This document shows positions 8,667-16,050 of a stretch of DNA of 38,470 nt, in pieces; position 1 is the first letter of the stretch; every line of letters begins with the position of its first letter. This stretch comes from a virus (lineage: Duplodnaviria > Caudoviricetes): IMG/VR virus record IMGVR_UViG_3300016667_000443, positions 1 to 38,470 of that record; one strand, given 5' to 3'. A model generated the notes under the pieces. It was not told the origin of the DNA. It saw nothing but the letters and a program-made list of their open reading frames with translations, and did no database searches. Made by a program: the position numbers and the translations under genes.

Positions 8667-9747
8667 ACAAGTTGGTCCTGCTTTTCTTGTAACCGGTGCA
8701 TTTGGACCATACACAAGAGCACACGAAGAAATGGCACGCGCGGCGGCCGCTCATGCTGCAAGCACAGGTCATACTCATTTTTACCACGGCATTGGAGCAT
8801 CTGAACTAAAACCGGATGCTCCTTTGACACATGAACAAAAAACTCAGATCGTAACCGGTTCTCACAAACACATTGCAGGAAGTATGCCAAAAGAATACAG
8901 GGGAAAATTGGGGTTTGGTGTAATACCAAGAGAGCACTCAATTACTCCTTTTCACCAAATAGGTCATTTGATAAGTCAAGGACACAAAAATATAACAATT
9001 GCAGTCGGTTCCGATCAAATGGGAAAAGGTGGTCTCAAAGATCAAATATTAAAACACATTGAAAGACATGGTGGATTTGTTGGTGCAGACAAACAAGTTC
9101 ACGATGTTGATATTAATTTTCACCAACTTGGTAAACCAAGAGTTGAAACTGAAATTCCACGCGAAGAGTTTCTCAAACAAGTACGCGGGGGAGACTATAG
9201 CGGTGTAAAGGCAGGAAAATTAAGAGCAGCAATTGCTTCAGGAGATGAAGAATTGGCACACGAAATGATGCCACATTCTGTAGCAGATAAAGCAGCATAC
9301 TTCAAATTAATCAAAGGACAGATGGATGCAGTTCAAAGAGGAATTGACGCCCAACGAACCGAGAAAGAAGCGAAAAAAGCAGCCAAGGCTGCGAAGAAGC
9401 CAAAAACCAAACCTAAAAAGAAGAAGGTAAAGGTAGTAGAGGGATTGATTCGTATTGCTTCTTTTATGGAAGCAGCCAAAGATCCGACCCGCAGGGAAAG
9501 AGATCATAGGATGTACGGTTGGGGTAAAGAAAATCCAACACCCAGACAATTGGCTAATAGAAAGAAAAAAGACAAGAGAACTGTTGCTAGAAGACAAGCC
9601 AATGCATCGGGCAGAACCAAAAAAGGTGATAGTTCGGTAGAACTGGATCACAAAAACGGTAATGCCAATGACAATAGTGCAAAAAACTTAAGAGTTGTTT
9701 CCAGACATACCAATCGTTCCAGAAACAATAACAAATGGCGCAAATGA
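8623..9747 (+). CDS. Cytidylyltransferase-like (HIGH-superfamily nucleotidyltransferase) protein with C-terminal HNH-like domain
   Basis: TGAFGPYTRAH (cf. GRFNPPTxGH), PLT.EQK, IAVGSDQ, AGKLRAAIASGD; C-terminal ELDHKNGN..DN...NLRVVS...NRS. Confidence 0.7.
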   Translation: MQKFQQILKYLKEVKQVGPAFLVTGAFGPYTRAHEEMARAAAAHAASTGHTHFYHGIGASELKPDAPLTHEQKTQIVTGSHKHIAGSMPKEYRGKLGFGVIPREHSITPFHQIGHLISQGHKNITIAVGSDQMGKGGLKDQILKHIERHGGFVGADKQVHDVDINFHQLGKPRVETEIPREEFLKQVRGGDYSGVKAGKLRAAIASGDEELAHEMMPHSVADKAAYFKLIKGQMDAVQRGIDAQRTEKEAKKAAKAAKKPKTKPKKKKVKVVEGLIRIASFMEAAKDPTRRERDHRMYGWGKENPTPRQLANRKKKDKRTVARRQANASGRTKKGDSSVELDHKNGNANDNSAKNLRVVSRHTNRSRNNNKWRK

Positions 9748-9753
9748 TAAATA
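9746..9753 (+). promoter_or_regulatory. Late promoter variant (GATAAATA)
   Basis: At a gene junction upstream of SD GGAG and ATG 9769. Confidence 0.5.
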
Positions 9754-9768
9754 GTGGGGAGATAACAC

Positions 9769-10092
9769 ATGGATTTTCATAAATTACGCCAAATTATTAA
9801 CGAAGTTAACAAAGCCGATATGCCTTGTAATAAACCCCGTCGTTCGACCAGTGCTGGAAAGAAAATGATGGTTAAGGCATGTGAAGGTGGACAAGAAAAG
9901 ATTGTTCATTTTGGTGCAAAGGGATACGGTCACAACTATAGTCCTGCTGCAAGAAAATCCTTTAAAGCAAGACATAAGTGCGGGGAAAAGAAATCAAAAC
10001 TAGGAGCGCAATACTGGGCATGCCGTAAACTTTGGGCCGGCCCTAAAGGTTCAAAGAAATCATGCCCACCAGGCAGAAAGTGCAAGTACTGA
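9769..10092 (+). CDS. Small basic Cys-containing phage protein (DUF6321-like)
   Basis: KIVHFG.KG...ARKSFKARHKC...YWAC..W motif; leader ends IINE. Confidence 0.65.
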   Translation: MDFHKLRQIINEVNKADMPCNKPRRSTSAGKKMMVKACEGGQEKIVHFGAKGYGHNYSPAARKSFKARHKCGEKKSKLGAQYWACRKLWAGPKGSKKSCPPGRKCKY

Positions 10093-10093
10093 T

Positions 10094-10768
10094 ATGAAAT
10101 TCAAAGAACTCAGAAGATTAATCGAACAATATGAAGTATTAAACGAAGGCGGCAAGGGAATGATGGTTCCCGGTTTAAACAGCCAACAGTCCTCCGATGG
10201 TAGTGTAAGTCTACATGACATTACAGAACCAGAGATGATCGAAAGACTTAATGCTGGTATTTCTGCATTCGTTTCCAACGTACCAAAGTCTGGTATAGTT
10301 GATCCAAGAGATCTATTGGTTCGTCTTCGTGTCGAGTTGAACAAAATAGGATTTGATTTCAAGTACGACGGCAAGACATATCCACAAGAAAATATGAGTT
10401 TTGCTTTAACTCAATTTGGTGGTCGCACTGGTGTAGATGAGAAGGGGAATAAATTGAACGATGATGGTATCTCTCATCGTGTTGGAGGACCAATGAAGTT
10501 GGTAATGCAAATGAAGCATCCACCTGAGGTTGGTTTCCATTCAATTGAAGCCAAGATAGAAAAGGGAGCAGGATCTTCTGAACCTTCATATGAAGGTGGT
10601 TCCGAAGCCGCTGCTACTCTTAAAAAAAAAGTGAATGAAGAGAAAGACGCTTGCTACCACAAGGTAAAGGCAAGGTATGATGTATGGCCATCTGCTTATG
10701 CATCAGGTGCATTAAGCAAGTGCAGAAAAGTGGGAGCAAAGAATTGGGGAAATAAGAGCAAGGATTAA
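10094..10768 (+). CDS. Hypothetical two-module phage protein
   Basis: Leader MKFKELRRLIE...LNE; QFGGR.G core; C-terminal module after VNE: KDACYHKVKARYDVWPSAYASGALSKCRK, recurrent in T4-like phages. Confidence 0.7.
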   Translation: MKFKELRRLIEQYEVLNEGGKGMMVPGLNSQQSSDGSVSLHDITEPEMIERLNAGISAFVSNVPKSGIVDPRDLLVRLRVELNKIGFDFKYDGKTYPQENMSFALTQFGGRTGVDEKGNKLNDDGISHRVGGPMKLVMQMKHPPEVGFHSIEAKIEKGAGSSEPSYEGGSEAAATLKKKVNEEKDACYHKVKARYDVWPSAYASGALSKCRKVGAKNWGNKSKD

Positions 10769-10772
10769 TATA

Positions 10773-11168
10773 ATGGAACTTTTGGTTATGGATGTTTATA
10801 AATTGAATGATGATAATTTCTTGATGTTTGCAATGAAACACTACGACAATCCGCAGTGTAAAAATATTGAGGAATTTCACGAAGACATGAACAGAATTAA
10901 ATACTTAAAAAGACTGTTCAGAAAATACAAAACATCAGGTGTGTTGCGAGAAAGACTAATACTAAATCACTTAATAATTTTTTGCAATGTGTTTGGAAAT
11001 GAAGCAGCAGCGAGATTGCTCTTTTCTAGAATAGAAGACGACTTGCATATGTACCTAAAGACATTTTTAATATTCTTGAACAGCCTACCAGAAAACATAC
11101 CAGAAGCAGACTTGGTTACAATACCACTAGACAGAAGAATAATAACAAAACTACGAGAAATTAAATGA
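10773..11168 (+). CDS. Conserved hypothetical protein of T4-like phages
   Basis: LNDDNFLMFAMKHYDNPQC...EF.ED..RIKY.KRL...ERLILNH.I motif. Confidence 0.8.
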   Translation: MELLVMDVYKLNDDNFLMFAMKHYDNPQCKNIEEFHEDMNRIKYLKRLFRKYKTSGVLRERLILNHLIIFCNVFGNEAAARLLFSRIEDDLHMYLKTFLIFLNSLPENIPEADLVTIPLDRRIITKLREIK

Positions 11169-11977
11169 ATCCAAAACCAGTATATCTTCTAGAGGATCTA
11201 AGAAGGTGGTTCAGAGAAAAATGGACCGCTCAAGATGGTTCTCCATGTGGGGCATACAAGGGTAAAGGAAGAGTCAAGTGCCGTCCATCCAGAAAAGTAT
11301 CATCCAAAACTGCAAAGACTTGGGGTGAAATGGACAAAAAAGAAAAAAGAAAAGCAATACGATTGAAACAAAAGGCTCATCGCAAAGGTCACCAATTCAG
11401 TAGACACGACACTGGTGAAACTTGGCGCGGTGGTGGTAAATATGAACCGAAGAAGAATGTAACGGAATCGGTGAATAAAAATGAAATGAAACAAATCATG
11501 TCCTATCTCAAGGGGTCCATCAATAACCCCATGAGATTTTATTATCTTTTGTTACTATCGGGTATGAATGGAGCAAAGGCTAACAGTTTGTTGTTTGACT
11601 TAAAGAACCCGACTCTTAGAACTGGTAGTCCAATCTACAGAAAAAGAATGTTGAATCTTTTGAAAAACATAATCAACACCATAACAAAAGATCAATTACT
11701 GTACAATCGTGTTCGCTCAATGGCACTTAGTGGCAATCTATCACTACATGAACAGGAAGGTGCTGCCACTGGTGGTGGAGATGCCGGTGGTCAATCCGGT
11801 GGTATGGGTGGAATGAGTGTTGGTGGTTCGTTCATTGAAGGTATGCCAGACGCCACTCCCGCAGAACAAACATCTGGTCCTGCATGGGGTTCTTCTCCAC
11901 CCCCAACAAAGAAAAACAAAAAGCGTTTGGTGAAACAGTATCGTGATTTTGCAAACTTACACAGGAGACAACCATGA
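11165..11977 (+). CDS. Hypothetical multi-module phage protein
   Basis: LLE|DLRRWFREKW...CG...KCRP basic module, then VTE| helical module, then LHE| Gly-rich tail. Confidence 0.65.
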   Translation: MNPKPVYLLEDLRRWFREKWTAQDGSPCGAYKGKGRVKCRPSRKVSSKTAKTWGEMDKKEKRKAIRLKQKAHRKGHQFSRHDTGETWRGGGKYEPKKNVTESVNKNEMKQIMSYLKGSINNPMRFYYLLLLSGMNGAKANSLLFDLKNPTLRTGSPIYRKRMLNLLKNIINTITKDQLLYNRVRSMALSGNLSLHEQEGAATGGGDAGGQSGGMGGMSVGGSFIEGMPDATPAEQTSGPAWGSSPPPTKKNKKRLVKQYRDFANLHRRQP

Positions 11978-12414
11978 TTCCTACAGAATTAATTAGTATG
12001 ATCGGAGGAGGAGCCACGGGATTCCTCTTCAAATACATGGCGCAAAAGAGTGCCGATCAAAAGCAGATGTTTGAGCAATTGATTAAGGCTAATCAACAAA
12101 CAACTGAAAACCAAGACAAGGCAGTACAAAGAGTTTCAATTGATGCAGGACGAGTTGTTCGTCAAATCATCGTATTGACTGTTCTCTTTGGTGCTTTTGC
12201 TGCTCCATTCATCCTACCATTCTTTGGTGTTCCAACCTTCATTGAAGTTGATGTTAAGAACCCAGAGGGACTATTTGGATTGATTCCAGAGACTTCCAGA
12301 AAAGCATTCGTTGAAGTAAACGGATTCTTCTGGTCATCCGAGAATAGACAAATTCTTCTAAGCATTGTTGGTTTCTACTTCGGAACCGCTGCTGCAACAC
12401 CAAGTAGATCATAA
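11974..12414 (+). CDS. Holin-like membrane protein
   Basis: N-terminal hydrophobic segment, a central TM helix and C-terminal IVGFYFG motif typical of small multi-TM phage holin families. Confidence 0.5.
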   Translation: MIPTELISMIGGGATGFLFKYMAQKSADQKQMFEQLIKANQQTTENQDKAVQRVSIDAGRVVRQIIVLTVLFGAFAAPFILPFFGVPTFIEVDVKNPEGLFGLIPETSRKAFVEVNGFFWSSENRQILLSIVGFYFGTAAATPSRS

Positions 12415-12423
12415 GGAGTGAAT

Positions 12424-12714
12424 ATGAAATATCTAACAATACTATTTTCCGCATTGGTACTTGCTGCTTGTGATACAATGCCAGTAATTGTTCCAGACAA
12501 TACAAGCGATAATGTTGTAATGATGCAATTAAAAGACTCAATCGCTCAACCAGGTCCAACACCTCCTTCATTTGGATGGGTTATTTGGTATTTCCCTCTA
12601 GCAGTTATCTCTATGATGGCTGCTTGGAGATACTTGATTAAGAAACCCGTTATTTGTGAAGAAGACAAGGATGGGGATGGGTTTGTTGATCCACAAAAAC
12701 CAAAACAACAATAA
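12424..12714 (+). CDS. Lipoprotein with additional C-terminal TM helix (spanin-like candidate)
   Basis: SD AGGAG; signal MKYLTILFSALVLAA|C lipobox; second hydrophobic helix FGWVIWYFPLAVISMMAAW followed by RYLIKK. Confidence 0.55.
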   Translation: MKYLTILFSALVLAACDTMPVIVPDNTSDNVVMMQLKDSIAQPGPTPPSFGWVIWYFPLAVISMMAAWRYLIKKPVICEEDKDGDGFVDPQKPKQQ

Positions 12715-12767
12715 ATAAGTCAACGGCGAACTCTTTGTTATGTTAAATCTTTATGGGGGAGATTTTC

Positions 12768-13466
12768 ATGACAAAGAAGATAGAATCGCATGGCACATGC
12801 GAAGTATGTGCAAAAGCATGTGAAGATGCTAAAGACAATGTAAAGAAACTTCAAAAGAAGTTGCAAACGATGACTATCGTTACTTGCGTATCCATGACAA
12901 TAGCAGGAGAGCAAGCAGCGAAGTCTATCGTTTCTTTCATTTCTACATTCAATGAAGCATCAAAAGCAGCCGATGGTAAAATACAAACACCGGTTACGGA
13001 AGAAAAGAAAGAAGGAGATAAAGATGGCAAACTCGCCATCACTCCCTTTCGTCCTTATAGATTTGGCATAAAACCAGAAGCCAAAGAACAATCTAACTAT
13101 AAACCAGAAGATGAATTGGCTAGATTTGTTAAAAAACAACCAGCCAAAAAACCAGAGATGGAAATACAAGTGCTTCCACCCACTCCAGTTGGACAAGCAA
13201 TAGCAAAAGCATTAAGCAACGACACCAGTTTAATACCAACTACGAGTGAAATCCCACAAACAGACTGGCGGACTGCCTTATTGACGCCTAGCACCCTTCC
13301 TTTTGATGTATACAGCACTACCATTGGGTTGGGTATTAATTATGGATTTGGTGAATACTATGGATTAGGTGAAATGAATGGGTATTCTGGCGTACAAACA
13401 CCTTCGCCATCATCACTATCTGTATTTGCAATCGCACAATTATTTAATTCAAGAAAGAGAATCTAA
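12768..13466 (+). CDS. Hypothetical protein with degenerate PEP-CTERM-like C-terminal tail
   Basis: Ends TPSPSSLSVFAIAQLFNSRKRI (PxP, hydrophobic stretch, basic cluster); N-terminal CxxCxxxC and coiled coil; SD GGAG before ATG 12768. Confidence 0.55.
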   Translation: MTKKIESHGTCEVCAKACEDAKDNVKKLQKKLQTMTIVTCVSMTIAGEQAAKSIVSFISTFNEASKAADGKIQTPVTEEKKEGDKDGKLAITPFRPYRFGIKPEAKEQSNYKPEDELARFVKKQPAKKPEMEIQVLPPTPVGQAIAKALSNDTSLIPTTSEIPQTDWRTALLTPSTLPFDVYSTTIGLGINYGFGEYYGLGEMNGYSGVQTPSPSSLSVFAIAQLFNSRKRI

Positions 13467-14104
13467 TGACAAAAATTACTTCAGGGTTGCTTGCTATCAG
13501 TCTATCTGCAACTGCTAATGCAGACTTGGTGAATGGCGGATTTGAGGATTTCCAAACATGGGGTTATGGATTCTTCTCTGGATCTGATCCAACTGTTAAC
13601 TGGGCTACAACCGCACCAGACAATACATTAGAAATTTGGCAAAATGGATTCTTTGGAGTATCTGCTTATGAAGGAAACTCATTTGCAGAATTGAACGCCA
13701 ACTATGCATCCACCCTATACCAAGATGTAAATGGTCTTGGAGATTTCAATCAAATAAACTGGAAGTTTGCCCATCGTGGTAGAGATGGTACTGATACAAT
13801 GAGACTAACCATCACAGATCTTGGTTGGGATCAAGTTTATGGTGGTGGAAATGATACAGTTTTGTTTCAAGGTGAGTTCACCGATACAAATGCTGCATGG
13901 GGACTGCATACTGGCACAATCACTTCAATCGGTAATCTTACAAGATTTGCCTTTGAATCTGTTTCTGCTGTAGGTGGAAACACACAAGGTAACTTTATTG
14001 ATGCATGTGAGTTTGGTGTAAATGTAGTAATACCTTCTCCGGGAGCAATTGCTTTGCTTGGAGTGGGTGGACTTATGGTATCACGCAGAAGAAGAATCGT
14101 TTAA
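13466..14104 (+). CDS. Secreted PEP-CTERM-type sorting-signal protein with galactose-binding/DUF642-like beta-sandwich
   Basis: Signal peptide ...SATANA|DLVNGGFE; AYEGNSFAELN; C-terminus VIPSPGAIALLGVGGLMVSRRRRIV. Confidence 0.8.
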   Translation: MTKITSGLLAISLSATANADLVNGGFEDFQTWGYGFFSGSDPTVNWATTAPDNTLEIWQNGFFGVSAYEGNSFAELNANYASTLYQDVNGLGDFNQINWKFAHRGRDGTDTMRLTITDLGWDQVYGGGNDTVLFQGEFTDTNAAWGLHTGTITSIGNLTRFAFESVSAVGGNTQGNFIDACEFGVNVVIPSPGAIALLGVGGLMVSRRRRIV

Positions 14105-14644
14105 TTTATCGTATAAGTACTTACAGATATAGTACGAATCAACAATATCTGACACCGGACTAGTAATATCCTTCTTGTCCGGTGTTATTATTGATTTTAA
14201 TAGCATATTGTTTTCTTCAACAAATGCGTCGTACATTTTTTCTTTATCTGCATTACCCTTACCAGTGGCATACTTCTTGACTTCCGTTGGAGGAAGAATC
14301 GTTAGTGGTATCCCTTTTTGATAAATCTTGTACTTAAGAACACCAGTATTTTCAGCAATGTGGAAAACTTTACCTTTGGCACCGTATGCGTATCCTTCCA
14401 GAGCAATAGCAGAACACCCTAGAAGAACTTCCATTGCCCAATCGGCAATTGTTTCATATCTTTCGATATCACAATCCCAATCTAGGAAGGTTTCTCCTAT
14501 GATGTTACTTAGATAACTGTTAGCGTACTTTTTGGTGTCTGTGAGGTAGTAAAACGAACACTTGCTGAACGCGAAGGTTCCTGTTCCGTTGAACACACAA
14601 ATTGCGGGCCCAGTCAAGGAATAATCTATACCAGCGATTATCAT
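14081..14644 (-). CDS. ruvC: RuvC-like Holliday junction resolvase
   Basis: IAGIDYSLT, IALEGY, PT.VKK.ATGKGNADK, DIVDSY RNase H-fold catalytic motifs. Confidence 0.8.
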   Translation of the reverse strand: MIIAGIDYSLTGPAICVFNGTGTFAFSKCSFYYLTDTKKYANSYLSNIIGETFLDWDCDIERYETIADWAMEVLLGCSAIALEGYAYGAKGKVFHIAENTGVLKYKIYQKGIPLTILPPTEVKKYATGKGNADKEKMYDAFVEENNMLLKSIITPDKKDITSPVSDIVDSYYICKYLYDKLNDSSSA

Positions 14645-14675
14645 ACATTATATGTATCCTCCATTAAAACACTTA

Positions 14676-14750
14676 TCCCCACACAATCTATTGTGTTATT
14701 CTTAATATTGATTAACACTTGGTCCGCTTCGGGATTTGATTATGTGGGGA
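14676..14750 (-). ncRNA. Candidate structured RNA or leader (multi-stem)
   Basis: 13-bp closing stem (14676-14688 with 14738-14750; one G-U on the minus strand) enclosing an 8/9-bp stem (14693-14701 with 14710-14718) and a small hairpin; lies just downstream of CATAAATA. Confidence 0.35.
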
Positions 14751-14756
14751 CACAAA

Positions 14757-14764
14757 TATTTATG
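14757..14764 (-). promoter_or_regulatory. Late promoter variant (CATAAATA)
   Basis: One mismatch to consensus, directly after the minus-strand terminator, as in the other terminator-promoter cassettes. Confidence 0.5.
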
Positions 14765-14773
14765 CCAATTCCC

Positions 14774-14807
14774 AAACAAAAAACCCCGATTTTTTAGATC
14801 GGGGTTT
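14774..14807 (-). terminator. Rho-independent terminator
   Basis: Minus strand aaaccccgat-loop-atcggggttttttgttt, just after the stop of ORF 14822. Confidence 0.8.
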
Positions 14808-14821
14808 CGTTATTGTAATTT

Positions 14822-15112
14822 TTACTTAACTCTCTTTAAATGTGCTTCAATCTTTTCTTCCATCTCGTTTAGTCTGCGATAAATTGCGTCCACTTCTTTA
14901 TCCATCATTTCTTGGGTGGAGTCTACTCGTCGGCTCATTTCCCGTGCTTCATTTTCAATCTGACGATATACTGTGTCAAACCGATTATTCTCTGTTTGTT
15001 CTGCAATCTGTCTCTTCAACTTCTTGACTTCCGTTTCTGCTAAAACAAACAGAACACCCATCAAAACAAAACCACCCATAATAATCCACAAATAAACCAT
15101 TGCGTTACTCAT
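14822..15112 (-). CDS. Hypothetical membrane-anchored coiled-coil protein
   Basis: N-terminal TM helix then heptad-like charged region; SD AGGAG; ATG 15112 overlaps the end of the methyltransferase gene. Confidence 0.6.
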   Translation of the reverse strand: MSNAMVYLWIIMGGFVLMGVLFVLAETEVKKLKRQIAEQTENNRFDTVYRQIENEAREMSRRVDSTQEMMDKEVDAIYRRLNEMEEKIEAHLKRVK

Positions 15113-16050
15113 AATTGCTCCTTTGTAATTGTTTTTATGCGTTTTGCTACCCATTCAGCCACATTAACCGTGACTGCATTACCCATTTGACAATACCTGG
15201 CACGATCTGACAAACCATTGGTCCAACCATCGGGAAACCCCTGTAGTCTCTCCCACTCTAATGGAGTTAGATAACGAACTACATTTGGGTTCTCCAGCAC
15301 TAAAACACTTGATCTTTGACCAACATCAAACAAGTTTAGTGTATTCGAATACTGAGTATCCACCCATGTCTCAAAGTCTTTATTGCTTTGTGCTTTTCTA
15401 GACTTTCTTATGGGCTGTGGATAATGTTCAACATATTCATCAAACAACGAGTTAAGTGTGGATACAGAGTTCTTCCCTGTCTGTGTCCTCGCTCTAGCAT
15501 CCCCTCGCATGTCGGTTTTGAGATCCAATACTTCTGCGGCACGTTCTCCTCTAAGATCTGCGACAACAAACACTCGTTCTCTTCTTTGGGGAACGCCGAA
15601 GAATCTACTGTCCAAAGTTCTCCACGCGATAGATTTAGGACTCCACTGTTTGACCATTTCGTTGAGAACGATTCCGAAATCTCTTCCGTTACTGCTTGTG
15701 AGCATTCCGGGGACATTCTCGACCACCACGAAGGATGGTCTGGTTGGCATGTCTCTGACGATTCGAATAAACTCATAAAATAATCCTGAGCGTTCTCCCG
15801 CTAGTCCTTTTCTCTGTCCACCCGTAGATAGATCCTGGCAAGGGAATCCACCGATTACTACATCAACTGGACTTGCCTTGAGAGGATCTATCGTCCTCAC
15901 ATCTTCATATATTGTAGCACTTGGAAAATGCTTTGCAAGTACTTTCCTGCAACTTCTTTCTTTGTCGCAAGCCCAAGAAATGGAGAAACCCTGACGCTCG
16001 AATCCGAGATCAAGGCCTCCAACTCCTGAAAACAAAGAACCTACTTTCAT
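15109..16050 (-). CDS. dcm: DNA (cytosine-5)-methyltransferase
   Basis: Motifs I (SLFSGVGG), IV (GGFPCQDLS), VI (ENVPG), VIII (QRRERVF), IX (RYLTPLEWERLQGFPD), X (MGNAV). Confidence 0.95.
   Translation of the reverse strand: MKVGSLFSGVGGLDLGFERQGFSISWACDKERSCRKVLAKHFPSATIYEDVRTIDPLKASPVDVVIGGFPCQDLSTGGQRKGLAGERSGLFYEFIRIVRDMPTRPSFVVVENVPGMLTSSNGRDFGIVLNEMVKQWSPKSIAWRTLDSRFFGVPQRRERVFVVADLRGERAAEVLDLKTDMRGDARARTQTGKNSVSTLNSLFDEYVEHYPQPIRKSRKAQSNKDFETWVDTQYSNTLNLFDVGQRSSVLVLENPNVVRYLTPLEWERLQGFPDGWTNGLSDRARYCQMGNAVTVNVAEWVAKRIKTITKEQL
15408..15776 (-). CDS. Nested alternative-frame protein, similar in arrangement to the M.EcoHK31I beta polypeptide
   Basis: 122-aa same-strand ORF fully inside dcm; AGGA 7 nt before ATG; LSQILEENVPQKYWIS...CEGMLER..R.GR.L segment resembles such beta-type proteins. 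Confidence 0.6.
   Translation of the reverse strand: MSLFESSETCQPDHPSWWSRMSPECSQAVTEEISESFSTKWSNSGVLNLSRGELWTVDSSAFPKEENECLLSQILEENVPQKYWISKPTCEGMLERGHRQGRTLYPHLTRCLMNMLNIIHSP

Noticed and set aside
1282-13324. Many minus-strand ORFs opposite the left-arm genes
   Set aside because: They are antisense shadows of a tightly packed + strand gene set, with no recognisable motifs.
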